A stretch of 63,589 bases of DNA, the filler included, from a bacterium (lineage in GTDB: Bacteria > JAMORN01), in NCBI GenBank assembly GCA_027063545.1. It is 11 parts of 11 records of this genome, joined end to end, with 100 filler letters (N's around TTAATTAATTAA, not from the genome) between each part and the next. Parts side by side here need not be neighbours in the genome. Positions count along the whole stretch, not along the records: positions 43,827 to 49,772 come from JAMORN010000163.1; positions 49,873 to 55,815 come from JAMORN010000164.1; positions 55,916 to 61,850 come from JAMORN010000165.1; 8 more parts are not named here. One strand, written 5' to 3'. Every line of letters begins with the position of its first letter. Position 1 is the first letter of the stretch. Below are positions 48,763 to 59,300 of the stretch, piece after piece. Under the pieces are notes generated by a model that made no database searches, was not told the origin of the DNA, and saw only the letters and a list, made by a program, of their open reading frames with translations. Both the position numbers and the translations under genes were made by a program.

Positions 48763-49772
48763 AATTTTCTACTTATTATAGGTAAATATACAGTTATAGA
48801 AAAGCCTTCATCAGAAGAATTATCTATTTCTATATCTCCGTTAAAGGCTTTCACCATCTTATTAACAGCATTTAATCCTATTCCTATATGGAAATTAGGA
48901 TCTTTTGTATAATATAAATTTAATAAATAATCCTCATCATTAATATAGTATCCAACAGAAACAACTTTTATATATAAACTAAAAGACTTATCTGGAATTA
49001 ACCCAACCCCTACTTTAACCTTTATTTTATTTGAATGTGAATGCTCTATAGCATTAAAAACCAAATTTTCTAATATTCTTTTTAAAAATTCTTTATCAAT
49101 CAATACATGAGAATATTTTTCTTCTATTTCTATTATAAATTCTATATCCTTATCTATTATTTGGGTTATTTTGCTGTAGTACTCTTGAAACTCCTTAAAT
49201 AATTCCCTAACATCATATTCTTCTATATTTAACTCTATAGCAGAAGATAATACTTTTATATTAAATAAATCTCTATTTATCTTCTCTGTTAAAAGATCTA
49301 ACTTTGCAAAAGTATCTGATTCTGCACTTCTAACCAAAATATTTCCACTTAAACTTTCCACTATTTCATTTAACTGTTTACTATATCCTTCTAAAACTTT
49401 TATAGGTCCAGATACTATTCTCTCCCATAATTTTTTTATAACTTTTGTCTCATTTTCCTGTATTTGTTGTTTAAAGTATGTAACATCTCTAATAACAATC
49501 AAATAAAATGGCTCTTGTATACCCTCTGTGGATCTTGAAACAGAATAGAATATTATTTGATAAGTAAAAATCTTGTTTTGATATGTAACATCCTTGAAAA
49601 ATGATAACATATTCAATGATGACAAATCTATATATTTATAGTTTAAATCTTTCATAAAATCTAAATCTAAAATATTATCTAATTTTTCTATTTTTAATAT
49701 TTTTAATATATTATTAGCCTGCCAATTTTTAAAAAATATACTACCATCACCTCTAAATACAAAAATAGCATC
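48759..49772 (-). CDS. PAS-like + HATPase sensor-kinase-like protein with degenerate catalytic motifs, 5'-truncated
   Basis: Frame open to gap (DAIFVFRGDGSIFFKN...IRDVT); N-box NLVFNAIEH, YTK, GIGL; no His in the expected H-box, G1 reads VSVG. Confidence 0.7.
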   Translation of the reverse strand, partial: DAIFVFRGDGSIFFKNWQANNILKILKIEKLDNILDLDFMKDLNYKYIDLSSLNMLSFFKDVTYQNKIFTYQIIFYSVSRSTEGIQEPFYLIVIRDVTYFKQQIQENETKVIKKLWERIVSGPIKVLEGYSKQLNEIVESLSGNILVRSAESDTFAKLDLLTEKINRDLFNIKVLSSAIELNIEEYDVRELFKEFQEYYSKITQIIDKDIEFIIEIEEKYSHVLIDKEFLKRILENLVFNAIEHSHSNKIKVKVGVGLIPDKSFSLYIKVVSVGYYINDEDYLLNLYYTKDPNFHIGIGLNAVNKMVKAFNGDIEIDNSSDEGFSITVYLPIISRKL

Positions 49773-49872
49773 NNNNNNNNNNNNNNNNNNNNNNNNNNNN
49801 NNNNNNNNNNNNNNNNTTAATTAATTAANNNNNNNNNNNNNNNNNNNNNNNNNNNNNNNNNNNNNNNNNNNN
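49773..49872. other. Artificial contig spacer
   Basis: Same 100-nt linker. Confidence 0.99.
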
Positions 49873-49873
49873 A

Positions 49874-50932
49874 CTCTTAAAAGAAGATGAAGATTTAAGG
49901 GATACATTTAACTATTTTTTTATTGATGAGTTTCAGGATATAAATGCTCTTCAATATAAGTTTATTAAATCATTTAATATTAAATCCCTATTTGTAATAG
50001 GAGATAGAAAACAAAATATTTATGAATTTAGAGGTTCTGACTATAGATTTTTTGATATATTAGAAAAGGAGTTTAATGCAAAAAAATTTTATTTAACAAT
50101 AAACTATAGAAGTGATGAGGATATTGTTAATCTATCAAATAAATTCTTAAATGTAGAGCCTCCTCTTACAGCAACAAAAATCTACAATGATAAATCTATC
50201 TCCATATTTGAAGCATCAAACTCTAATGAAGAGGCTTATTTTATTATTAATAAAATAGAAGAGTTAATTGGAGGAATGGGATTTTATAATGTTAATTTTC
50301 TTTCTTTAGATAAAGAAAATATATCTTTTAAGGATATTGCTATAATTGTAAGACACAGAAATGTTATAACAAAAATTGTTGAATATCTTAAAAAACGGGG
50401 TATTCCATATACAATTGTTGGGGTAAAAGCACCTTGGAGTGAAGATGATTTTGTTATGCTAGTTGAAAAATTAATAGAAAACAAAAAAGATGATTGGAAA
50501 GAATATCTTTTTGATAAATTTAAAGAAAAAACTAATGACAGTGTTTATTTAGAAAAATTTGAGTCTATATTAAAAACCTATTCCTCTATAGAAGAACTTT
50601 ATGACTATATTATATTTAACCCATACATAGAGATTGATAGAGAATATGAATCTGTTAAGATATTAACAATACATGCTTCAAAAGGACTTGAATTTGACAG
50701 CGTTTTTATTCCTTCTTTTGATAAAGAAAATTATCCTTCTAAGATATTTAACAATAATATAGATGAGGAAAAAAGATTATTTTATGTGGCAATAACAAGG
50801 GCAAAAAGAAATCTATTTTTCTCTTATAACAAACATGTGGGAGAATCTCCTTTTATTGAAGGAATAAAAAATTTAATTTCAAAAGAAAAGATTAAAAAGA
50901 AAAAGGATGCTGATCAACTGAAATTTTTCTAA
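49874..50932 (+). CDS. UvrD/Rep/PcrA-family helicase, 5'-truncated
   Basis: Frame open from contig start: IDEFQD, IGDRKQNIYEFRG, NYRS, TIHASKGLEF, EEKRLFYVAITRA. Confidence 0.93.
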   Translation, partial: LLKEDEDLRDTFNYFFIDEFQDINALQYKFIKSFNIKSLFVIGDRKQNIYEFRGSDYRFFDILEKEFNAKKFYLTINYRSDEDIVNLSNKFLNVEPPLTATKIYNDKSISIFEASNSNEEAYFIINKIEELIGGMGFYNVNFLSLDKENISFKDIAIIVRHRNVITKIVEYLKKRGIPYTIVGVKAPWSEDDFVMLVEKLIENKKDDWKEYLFDKFKEKTNDSVYLEKFESILKTYSSIEELYDYIIFNPYIEIDREYESVKILTIHASKGLEFDSVFIPSFDKENYPSKIFNNNIDEEKRLFYVAITRAKRNLFFSYNKHVGESPFIEGIKNLISKEKIKKKKDADQLKFF

Positions 50933-50947
50933 ATAAGGGGGATAGTT

Positions 50948-51649
50948 TTGGCTAAGGTAAGGAGTATTATTGTGGATATTGATAACACGCTCTTATCTCA
51001 GGCAAGAAGAATATTAACAGTTATTAGTATGGTAAAGAATACTCCTATTGATATAGAAAAGGTTTTAAATGGAAGTATATCCTTAGAAAAACCTTTGGAG
51101 TATTATAAACAAATGAATGAAAAAGAAATAAGGCTTTTTTATTCTATTTTTTTAAGCGATATGTATTATTATGATGAAGAGAAAAAAGAGTATCTTGTTG
51201 ATCCAATACCTATGAGTAGAGAAATCCTTTGGGCTTTAAAAAAAGATGGTTATAGAATATTCTATGTTACAGCACGAATATATAATAATATTGTAAAACA
51301 ATTTGATATGACTTATAAAATGCTAAAAGATTTTGATTATCCTATAGAAGATAAAGATATGGAACTTATTCTTATGCCCAACGATTATATACCAGATTCT
51401 TATGAAGGTTTTTATTCTTTAGCAAAAAAATTCAAAAGGGAAGTATCTAAAGAATTAAAAGCCAAATATAGGGCTTTTATTGGTATTGGGGATTCTTCTT
51501 CGGATATAGATGCTTATAATGAAGCAGGTATAGTAAGTGTTCAAGCACGCTTTGTTATTCCAGAATATAAATACTACAATAAAGCAAAAGAAGCTGTATA
51601 TAAATGGAGTGATTTTCTTGATATTATTGAGAAATATAAAAATGTCTAA
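50948..51649 (+). CDS. HAD-family acid-phosphatase-like protein
   Basis: VDIDNTL, VTAR, IGDSSSD. Confidence 0.75.
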   Translation: MAKVRSIIVDIDNTLLSQARRILTVISMVKNTPIDIEKVLNGSISLEKPLEYYKQMNEKEIRLFYSIFLSDMYYYDEEKKEYLVDPIPMSREILWALKKDGYRIFYVTARIYNNIVKQFDMTYKMLKDFDYPIEDKDMELILMPNDYIPDSYEGFYSLAKKFKREVSKELKAKYRAFIGIGDSSSDIDAYNEAGIVSVQARFVIPEYKYYNKAKEAVYKWSDFLDIIEKYKNV

Positions 51650-51690
51650 CTAATAATCGATATTAAATGAAGTTAAATTAAAAATATTTT

Positions 51691-52284
51691 CTAAAACTGA
51701 AGACCGCTTTGAACACCTGGAATATTTTGAAGATCTTTACTATCAAAATAAATATAAAAATAAATCTCTCCTTCACTACCTGCTAAAACCATCCATAATT
51801 TACCATAATTGTCATCCCACTCTGCATACCACATCTTTCTTCCCATCTTTATAAGTTGGCCTATTGTAAATTGCCTATCTTCTGATTTTGGCATATAACT
51901 TTTTGTAATAGGTCCATACTTGGCAAGAAAAGCTGCTTGATACTTTTGAAATAAATCGGTCCATTCATCTGGAGAATGAGGATTTGAAAAAACAATCCAT
52001 ACCCTTTTTAATAAATTATCATAAAAACCAAAATAAACATCAACAGAATCATACAAAAAATAGTCCCTAAATGTATAATAGGTTAACGGCTCTCCTTGAT
52101 CCTCTGCTGGGAAAAGCTTATCAAGTAGAATTGATTTTACCTCATCGTAGGTCATTCCAAAAGTAAAATCCTTATATCCTCCTATTGCCTCATAAACTAC
52201 TTCTGAATAGGAGATTTTAAATAATCCCCCTATAATTAAAAAAACTATTACTATAATAACTGCTAATCTTTTTTTCTTTTTCAT
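51691..52284 (-). CDS. Hypothetical exported protein
   Basis: Basic N-terminus plus hydrophobic signal; FGMTYDEV, KYGP; no function recognised. Confidence 0.7.
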   Translation of the reverse strand: MKKKKRLAVIIVIVFLIIGGLFKISYSEVVYEAIGGYKDFTFGMTYDEVKSILLDKLFPAEDQGEPLTYYTFRDYFLYDSVDVYFGFYDNLLKRVWIVFSNPHSPDEWTDLFQKYQAAFLAKYGPITKSYMPKSEDRQFTIGQLIKMGRKMWYAEWDDNYGKLWMVLAGSEGEIYFYIYFDSKDLQNIPGVQSGLQF

Positions 52285-52336
52285 AACTAGATATTTCCCA
52301 ATTGGTTATTTTACCTTATGTATTTAAAATAAAAAA

Positions 52337-54964
52337 TTATTCAAAAAAGTAAATAGTTTTATTCTCATTAATTTCAAACGGAACTCTGTCTTTTAAATCT
52401 TTTTTTATTATTAAAACACTACTTGTTTTGCTTTGCAATGCTTCCAATTGTTTCAAATCTTCCTCATTTTCTGGATCATATAAAATTATATTTTCTATCA
52501 CTTTTAACTGAGATTCTATATTCTTATTTACATAAACCTCTTTTAAATTGTGTTTTAATTCAAAAACAATATTATAATAAAGACTTCTATTCTTTTCTAG
52601 GTTATCTGCATATATAATTATTCTACCAACTTGAGAAAGAATATTTTTTAAATCATCTATATTAAATTCTCTTTTTATAAAATCTTTCTCTTCAATTTTT
52701 GAAATATCCATATTTTTTAGTTTATTTAAAAACTCAAATCTTCCTTTTGAGCATATAAAATTGTTATCAATCGCTTTTATATGAGAAACATAACTATTAT
52801 AATAAAATACCTCTACCTTACAATTATCATCACATAAATCACATCTTAATATCTTTGATTTATATTTTATTGGAAGTATTCTATGGGAGTTAGGCTTTTG
52901 AATAATCCCTGCTGTTGGACAAACATCAGTACAGTTTCCACAATTATCACAAAAATTCTTATCAAAATCTAAATACATATCAAAGCCTCTTTCAACAAAA
53001 GATAACACACCTACCTTATGAGTAGATGAACATACATCAATACATTGACCACAAACAATACATTTATTTCTATTTACTTCAATATTTGGAGTAATATTTT
53101 CTATCTTATGATATTTAAAATCTCCTTTATAAGAAAGTTTTATACGATATTCACTTGAATATTCTCTTAATTTACAAGTATGTAAAGCACTACACCCACA
53201 CTCAAAACATCTATCAGCCTCTCTTGAAGCTTCTTCTTGAGTTATTTCCAATTCTATCTCTCTAAAATCCTTAATTCTCTCTCCTGGAGGGTTTTCTTTA
53301 GGCTTTATTCTATTATATCTAAAAATACTCTCCTCAGGAATTATATATGAAATATCCTTTAATATCTTATTTTTCTCTTCCTCACTATCAAAAAATAAAT
53401 ATCTTTTGGAATAAAACTCATATTCTATCTCTTTCTTTTCCAAATAATTTTTAACCTTTTTATATGCTTTTTTACCATGACCTATTGCATCAATAACCAC
53501 AGATGGCCCTGTTATACCATCTCCTGCAACAAAAAGATCCTCTATTGATGTAGATACCCCCCACTCGTCATAAGTTTCAGGATAACCGTATTTATTTAAT
53601 ACTATTCTATTATCATCTATACCTTTTTTATAAACATCTGTGTCAACCCTTTGACCTATTGCTGCTATAATTATATCTGCTTCCTCAATTTTGTATTCAT
53701 CAAGTTCTATAAGTTTTCCCTTTTTACTATTTGGATCTTCCTCTATTTTAGTTTTAACAAATCTAATACCCTCTGCTTTATCCTCTTTTTTTAACAACTC
53801 CTTAGGAGCCCAGTTAAATTCAAAAATAACCCCTTCTTCTTGAGCATGATAAATCTCCCAAGGATGAGCTGGCATCTCTTTTCTTGATCTTCTATATAAA
53901 ATCTTTACCTCTTTTGCATTAAGTCTTAAAGATACCCTTGCTGCATCAATTGCTACATCACCCCCACCTATCACTAAAACCTTCTTTCCTGAAATCTCAT
54001 CTTCCTTTATCTTTCCTAATTTAAAATTAATTAAAAACTCAAGCCCTTTATATATATTTGAAACCTCATACTCTCCTTCAAGACCTAACTTTCTTGAACC
54101 CATTGCACCAATTGCTAAAATAACAGAATCATATCCCTGCTTTTTCAAAGAAGAGTATGTAATATCCTTACCAAACTCTACATTATTAATAAAATTTATT
54201 CCTAAAGCCTTAAATATCTCAAGTTCCCTATCAAGAAGTTCATCATTTAATCTATAATCTGGTATTGCATACCTTAACATTCCACCAGGCTCAGGAAGTT
54301 TATCATAAATATCTACTTTATACCCATCTTTTGCTAAATAATAACCTGCTGTTAATCCTGCAGGACCCTGCCCAATTATTGCAACCTTAAAATTTTTATT
54401 AGGAAGTTTATTAGCCTTTCTATACTTATAAGCATTTTCTGCTGCTTTTCTTTTTAAATCATTAATATTTACAGAAATATCAAGATGCTGTCTATTACAA
54501 TTATATTCACATTTTCTAACACATACCCTTCCACATACTATTGGTAAAGGATTATCCTCTCTAATAACCTCATCTGCTTCTATATATTTTCCTTCTTTTA
54601 CTAACTTTAAATAAGATTGAATATTAACATTTGCAGGACATGCCTCTCTACATGGGGCAATACAATCAGCAAAATGATTGGATACTAAAAGACTTAAAGC
54701 CTCTTTTCTTGCATCTTTTACCTTTGGTGTATTGGTATATATTTTTATCCCTTCCGAAATCTTTGTTGAACAAGAAGGTACATTCATCCTTCTTCCATTT
54801 ATCTCTACCTCAACAACACAAACAAAACAACTATTTTTATGGCCAAGTCTTGAATTATAACATAAAGTTGGAATCTTTATATTAGCATATTTCTCTACAG
54901 CTTTTAAAATTGTTAAATCATTCTCTTTTATGTTGTACTCTTTATCATTTATATAAATTTTCAT
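52337..54964 (-). CDS. NuoG-like [2Fe-2S]/[4Fe-4S] protein with inserted GltD-like FAD/NADPH domain (StnC-like)
   Basis: IPTLC...CFVCVVE...C, APCREACP, CGRVC...C, GQGPAG, GGMLRY, IGGGDVAID, YRRS, EADRCFEC.C, CIVCGQC..C, CGNCTDVCP, CDLC...C...C.KGRF. Confidence 0.85.
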   Translation of the reverse strand: MKIYINDKEYNIKENDLTILKAVEKYANIKIPTLCYNSRLGHKNSCFVCVVEVEINGRRMNVPSCSTKISEGIKIYTNTPKVKDARKEALSLLVSNHFADCIAPCREACPANVNIQSYLKLVKEGKYIEADEVIREDNPLPIVCGRVCVRKCEYNCNRQHLDISVNINDLKRKAAENAYKYRKANKLPNKNFKVAIIGQGPAGLTAGYYLAKDGYKVDIYDKLPEPGGMLRYAIPDYRLNDELLDRELEIFKALGINFINNVEFGKDITYSSLKKQGYDSVILAIGAMGSRKLGLEGEYEVSNIYKGLEFLINFKLGKIKEDEISGKKVLVIGGGDVAIDAARVSLRLNAKEVKILYRRSRKEMPAHPWEIYHAQEEGVIFEFNWAPKELLKKEDKAEGIRFVKTKIEEDPNSKKGKLIELDEYKIEEADIIIAAIGQRVDTDVYKKGIDDNRIVLNKYGYPETYDEWGVSTSIEDLFVAGDGITGPSVVIDAIGHGKKAYKKVKNYLEKKEIEYEFYSKRYLFFDSEEEKNKILKDISYIIPEESIFRYNRIKPKENPPGERIKDFREIELEITQEEASREADRCFECGCSALHTCKLREYSSEYRIKLSYKGDFKYHKIENITPNIEVNRNKCIVCGQCIDVCSSTHKVGVLSFVERGFDMYLDFDKNFCDNCGNCTDVCPTAGIIQKPNSHRILPIKYKSKILRCDLCDDNCKVEVFYYNSYVSHIKAIDNNFICSKGRFEFLNKLKNMDISKIEEKDFIKREFNIDDLKNILSQVGRIIIYADNLEKNRSLYYNIVFELKHNLKEVYVNKNIESQLKVIENIILYDPENEEDLKQLEALQSKTSSVLIIKKDLKDRVPFEINENKTIYFFE

Positions 54965-54981
54965 ACTATCATTCTCCAGAT

Positions 54982-55815
54982 TTAAGAATCTTTATATATA
55001 GCCTTTGTTGGACAAATTCCTATACAAGACTCACACTTTATACAACCATCTTGATTTATTCTATACTTTCCATTCTCAAGTTTAATAATTGTATTTGTAG
55101 GACAAACATTACTACACGCACCACAACCAATACATTTATCCTCATCTATAACAACCCTTATTAATGCCTTACATACCTTAGCAGGACATCTCTTTTCTCT
55201 AATATGAGCTAAATACTCATCTCTAAAATACTTAAGAGTTGTAAGTACTGGATTTGGGGCAGTTTTACCTAAAGCACACAAAGAATTTTCTTGTATTTTT
55301 TTTGCTAAATCCTCAAGTTTATCTAAATCCTCTTCTTTCCCTTCTCCATTTGTTATTCTCTCAAGAATCTCAAGCATTCTTTTTGTCCCAATTCTACAAA
55401 AAGTACATTTACCACAAGATTCTTTCTGGGTAAAAGAGAGAAAATACTTGGCTACATCAACCATACAGGATGTTTCATCTAAAACTATAACACCTCCAGA
55501 ACCTACTATAGCACCAACTTTTTTTAACTCTTCATAATCAATTTGAGTATTAAATAAAGATTTAGGAACGCAGCCTCCTGATGGCCCTCCAATCTGAACA
55601 GCTTTAACCTCTTTATCCTCCTTAATACCACCACCTACTTTAAATACTAAATCTTCAATTGTTATTCCAAAAGGAACCTCAACAAGCCCTGTATTTTTCA
55701 CTTTACCTGCTAATGAAAATACCTTTGTACCTTTAGATTTATCTGTTCCATACTTGGCAAACTCTTTTGCAGAATGTCTTATTATCCATGGAATATTGGC
55801 AAATGTCTCTACATT
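54982..55815 (-). CDS. NuoF/HydB/StnB-like NADH-binding flavoprotein, 3' fragment
   Basis: NVETFAN, GTKVFSLAGK, QIGGPSGGC, ESCGKCTFCRIG, SLCALG, C-terminal 2x[4Fe-4S] domain. Confidence 0.92.
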   Translation of the reverse strand, partial: NVETFANIPWIIRHSAKEFAKYGTDKSKGTKVFSLAGKVKNTGLVEVPFGITIEDLVFKVGGGIKEDKEVKAVQIGGPSGGCVPKSLFNTQIDYEELKKVGAIVGSGGVIVLDETSCMVDVAKYFLSFTQKESCGKCTFCRIGTKRMLEILERITNGEGKEEDLDKLEDLAKKIQENSLCALGKTAPNPVLTTLKYFRDEYLAHIREKRCPAKVCKALIRVVIDEDKCIGCGACSNVCPTNTIIKLENGKYRINQDGCIKCESCIGICPTKAIYKDS

Positions 55816-55915
55816 NNNNNNNNNNNNNNNNNNNNNNNNNNNNNNNNNNNNNNNNNNNNTTAATTAATTAANNNNNNNNNNNNNNNNNNNNNNNNNNNNN
55901 NNNNNNNNNNNNNNN
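55816..55915. other. Artificial contig spacer
   Basis: Same 100-nt linker. Confidence 0.99.
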
Positions 55916-55917
55916 TT

Positions 55918-56343
55918 CTAAAGATTAAGAAGGGCTTAAGTGCTTATATAATTTTTAATGGAAAAAAGATAAAAGGATATATTTATTCAAAACCTAAATA
56001 TTTAAGTTCTATTGATAGAGCTGGAGAAGTAGAGATTTTACTAAAAGTATTCCCTAAAAATTTACTGCCAGGTATGAGTGTAAATGTAGAGATTCCGTAT
56101 AAAAAAGAGAAAGTATATGCTATAGATATGGCAAGTGTTATATTAGATCCTATATCAAGAAAGAATTTCATCTATATAGTTGACGAAAATAATATAATAA
56201 AAAGGGTATTTGTTAATATAATAGACTATTATAAAAATTATGCTATATTAGATAATTTAGATACTAATATAATAAATGAAGATACAAAGATTGTTCTAAA
56301 AGGTGCTAATGTGGTAAAAGAAGGAATAAAGGTTAGATATTAA
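55918..56343 (+). CDS. RND periplasmic adaptor, 3' fragment
   Basis: Frame open from contig start, LLPGMSV, KIVLKG..VKEGIKV; directly upstream of the RND permease. Confidence 0.75.
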   Translation, partial: LKIKKGLSAYIIFNGKKIKGYIYSKPKYLSSIDRAGEVEILLKVFPKNLLPGMSVNVEIPYKKEKVYAIDMASVILDPISRKNFIYIVDENNIIKRVFVNIIDYYKNYAILDNLDTNIINEDTKIVLKGANVVKEGIKVRY

Positions 56344-56375
56344 TTAAAATTTAGTATAAAATTTGGAGGTATGAT

Positions 56376-59300
56376 ATGTTTCTTGCTAAAATAGGTGTAA
56401 AAAGACCGGTTGCAACTTTAATGTTATTTTTGGCAATTTTTTTAGCAGGTAGTGTTGCCTTCTATAAGCTTCCTCTTGACTTATTGCCAGAAGTAGAGAT
56501 GCCTACAATTACTGTTATGACTGTATATCCAGGTGCTGATGCTAAAACAATTGAAGAAGAAGTAACAAAAAAATTAGAAAGTTATTTAGCAACCGTGAGT
56601 AATTTAGAGGAAATAAAAAGTATTTCAAAAGATAATGTGTCATTTATTACTTTAAAATTTTCTACGGATGAAGAAATTACTACAGCAGAAAATAATGTAA
56701 GAACAGCTCTTGAATTTGCAAAACCCAACTTGCCTTCAGGAATAAAATCTCCAGTAATTTATAGACTTGATATGTCTCAATCACCGATTCTTGAATATGC
56801 TATTATTTCGTTAGACTCAAATAATGTTGGATTAAAAAAGTATGTAGAAGATAATATTGCTGATGAATTAAAGAAAGTAAAAGGGGTAGGAACGGTTTTA
56901 ACAATAGGAGGTAAAGAGAGAGAAATTCAAATAAAATTAGATAGAAATAAATTAGAAGCTTATAATATAAGTTTTGATCAAATATCTAATATTTTAAAGA
57001 TGGAAAATTTAAATATTCCAGCAGGAGATATAAAAACAGGTGATTTAGATTTTGCGATTAGAATACCAGGAAGAATTACATCTTTAGATGATATAAAAAA
57101 TATCCCTATTACATCTTTTGGAGGGGAGGTAGTATATCTTAAAGATATAGCAGATATACAGGATACAATAGAAAAAAGTGATGTATATACTGCAGAAGGT
57201 TATAATGATGCAATTTTTCTCGCAGTTACAAAACAATCAGGAGAGAATACTCTTTTAGTAGTTAATAGAGTAAAGAAAAAGGTAAAGGAGTTAGAGGCTC
57301 TTATGCCTTCAAATGTAAAAATTGTATTAGGAAGAGACAATTCCGAAATAATAACATATGCTATAAATAATTTGATGAGTACAATTTTTTATGGAGCTAT
57401 TTTTATTATATTAGTTGTATTTTTCTTTTTAAGAAATATCAAAAATACTCTTATAATAATTTTTACTATACCTTTTTCTTTAATAATAGCATTTATATTT
57501 ATGTATTTAAATGGTTATACTATTAATGTACTAAGTTTAATGTCTCTCGCTGTAGCAATAGGTATGGTTGTAGATAGTGCAATTGTAGTGTTAGAAAATT
57601 CTATTCGTCACATAGAAAAAGGAGAAAAACCTTCTTCTGCAGCAATATTTGCAACCAGTGAGGTAGGTTCAGCTATAGTAGCCTCTACATTAACAACTAT
57701 AATTGTACTTCTTCCTCTTTTATTTTTAACAGGTATTATTGGAAAATTATTCGGACAGTTTAGTATTTTAGCTTCTATTGTATTATTAGGATCGTTATTT
57801 ACAGCTTTAACATTTACTCCTATGTTAGTATCTAAATTAATAAAAAGAGAAGAGATTATAAATCCTAAACATTCTAAATTATATAAGTTAATGGAAAATA
57901 CTTTTAATACAATGGAATCATTTTATGTAAAGATATTAAATTGGGCTTTAGACCATAAACTTTTAGTAATAATAATTAGTACTTTATTTTTTATTTTTAC
58001 ATTATATGGTATAAAAATGGTTGGGACAGAATATATTCCTGATATAGATACAGGAGATGTAACTGTGGTTATAAAGCTTGAACCAGGTACTAGGGTAGAA
58101 AAAACAAAGAAAGTGGCAGATAAAGTTGTAGGAATAATAGAAAGAAATTTTAAAGATGTAGAAAATATAACAACTATTGCTGGACAAACAGAACAAGGAC
58201 TACTTTCTTTGGCTGGATATGAAGAAGGAACAAATATTGCAACTATATATTTAAAAATAAAAAAGAAAAGTAAAAGAACTCAAAAATATTCATCTGAAGA
58301 AATAGCAAAGATGCTAAGAGATTCTATATTGAAAGAAATACCGGGCGTTATAGATGTCAAAGCTACAGCAGCAGTGATAGCACAATTTATAACGGGAGGT
58401 TCTAAAGTAGAGTTAAGGTTATATGGAGATGATATTGATACTTTAAAAATATATGCAAATAAAATTAAAGATTTATTGAGTGATGTAAAAGGATTAACCT
58501 CTTTATCTACTGATATAAATGAAGTAAAAAAAGAGGTCCGAATAAAAGTTGATAGAAAAAAGCTAGAATTATATGGGATAAATATGGCTATGGTAGGGTT
58601 GAGTGTTAGAAAGGCAATATATGGGGAAAAAGTTGGAAAACTTAAAGAAGGAAATAATGAATATGAAATAAGAGTTATTTATGATGATAAATATAGAAGA
58701 ACTTTTAATGATATAAAAAATATTTTAATTCCAACTTTAACTGGCAGAATGGTTCACCTTTCAGAAATAGCAAATATTGAGATAGGAGAAGTACCTATAA
58801 ATATAATAAGAATTAATCAACAAAAAGTCGCAACAATAACAGGAGATTTAGATGGTACTCTGCCTTTAGGTGATGTAAAAACAAATATAGAGAAAAAACT
58901 AAAAACATCTCTTTTCTTACCTAAAGGATATAGATTAGAATTGGCAGGATTTTTTAAAGAACAAAAAAGTACTTTTAAAAATTTAAGTTTCTTCCTTCTT
59001 GTTGCAATTATTCTTGTTTATATGGTAATGGCGGGACAATATGAGGCGTATAGAGATCCTTTTATAATAATGTTTTCTGTTCCTTTTGCAGCTAGTGGTG
59101 CTTTTATAGGATTTATATTAACAGGAACAACAATATCTGCTATTTCATTTTTAGGTATAATAATTCTTGTAGGAATTGTTGTTAATAATGCTATAGTGTT
59201 AGTGGATTACATAAATCTTCTTAGAAAAAGAGGATATAAGTTATATGATGCAGTTAAACAAACTGCTAGATATAGATTTAGACCTATTCTTATGACAGCC

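Noticed and set aside
52337-54964. [FeFe]-hydrogenase, formate dehydrogenase or glutamate synthase
   Set aside because: No H-cluster motifs, no full molybdopterin domain and no gltB on the contig
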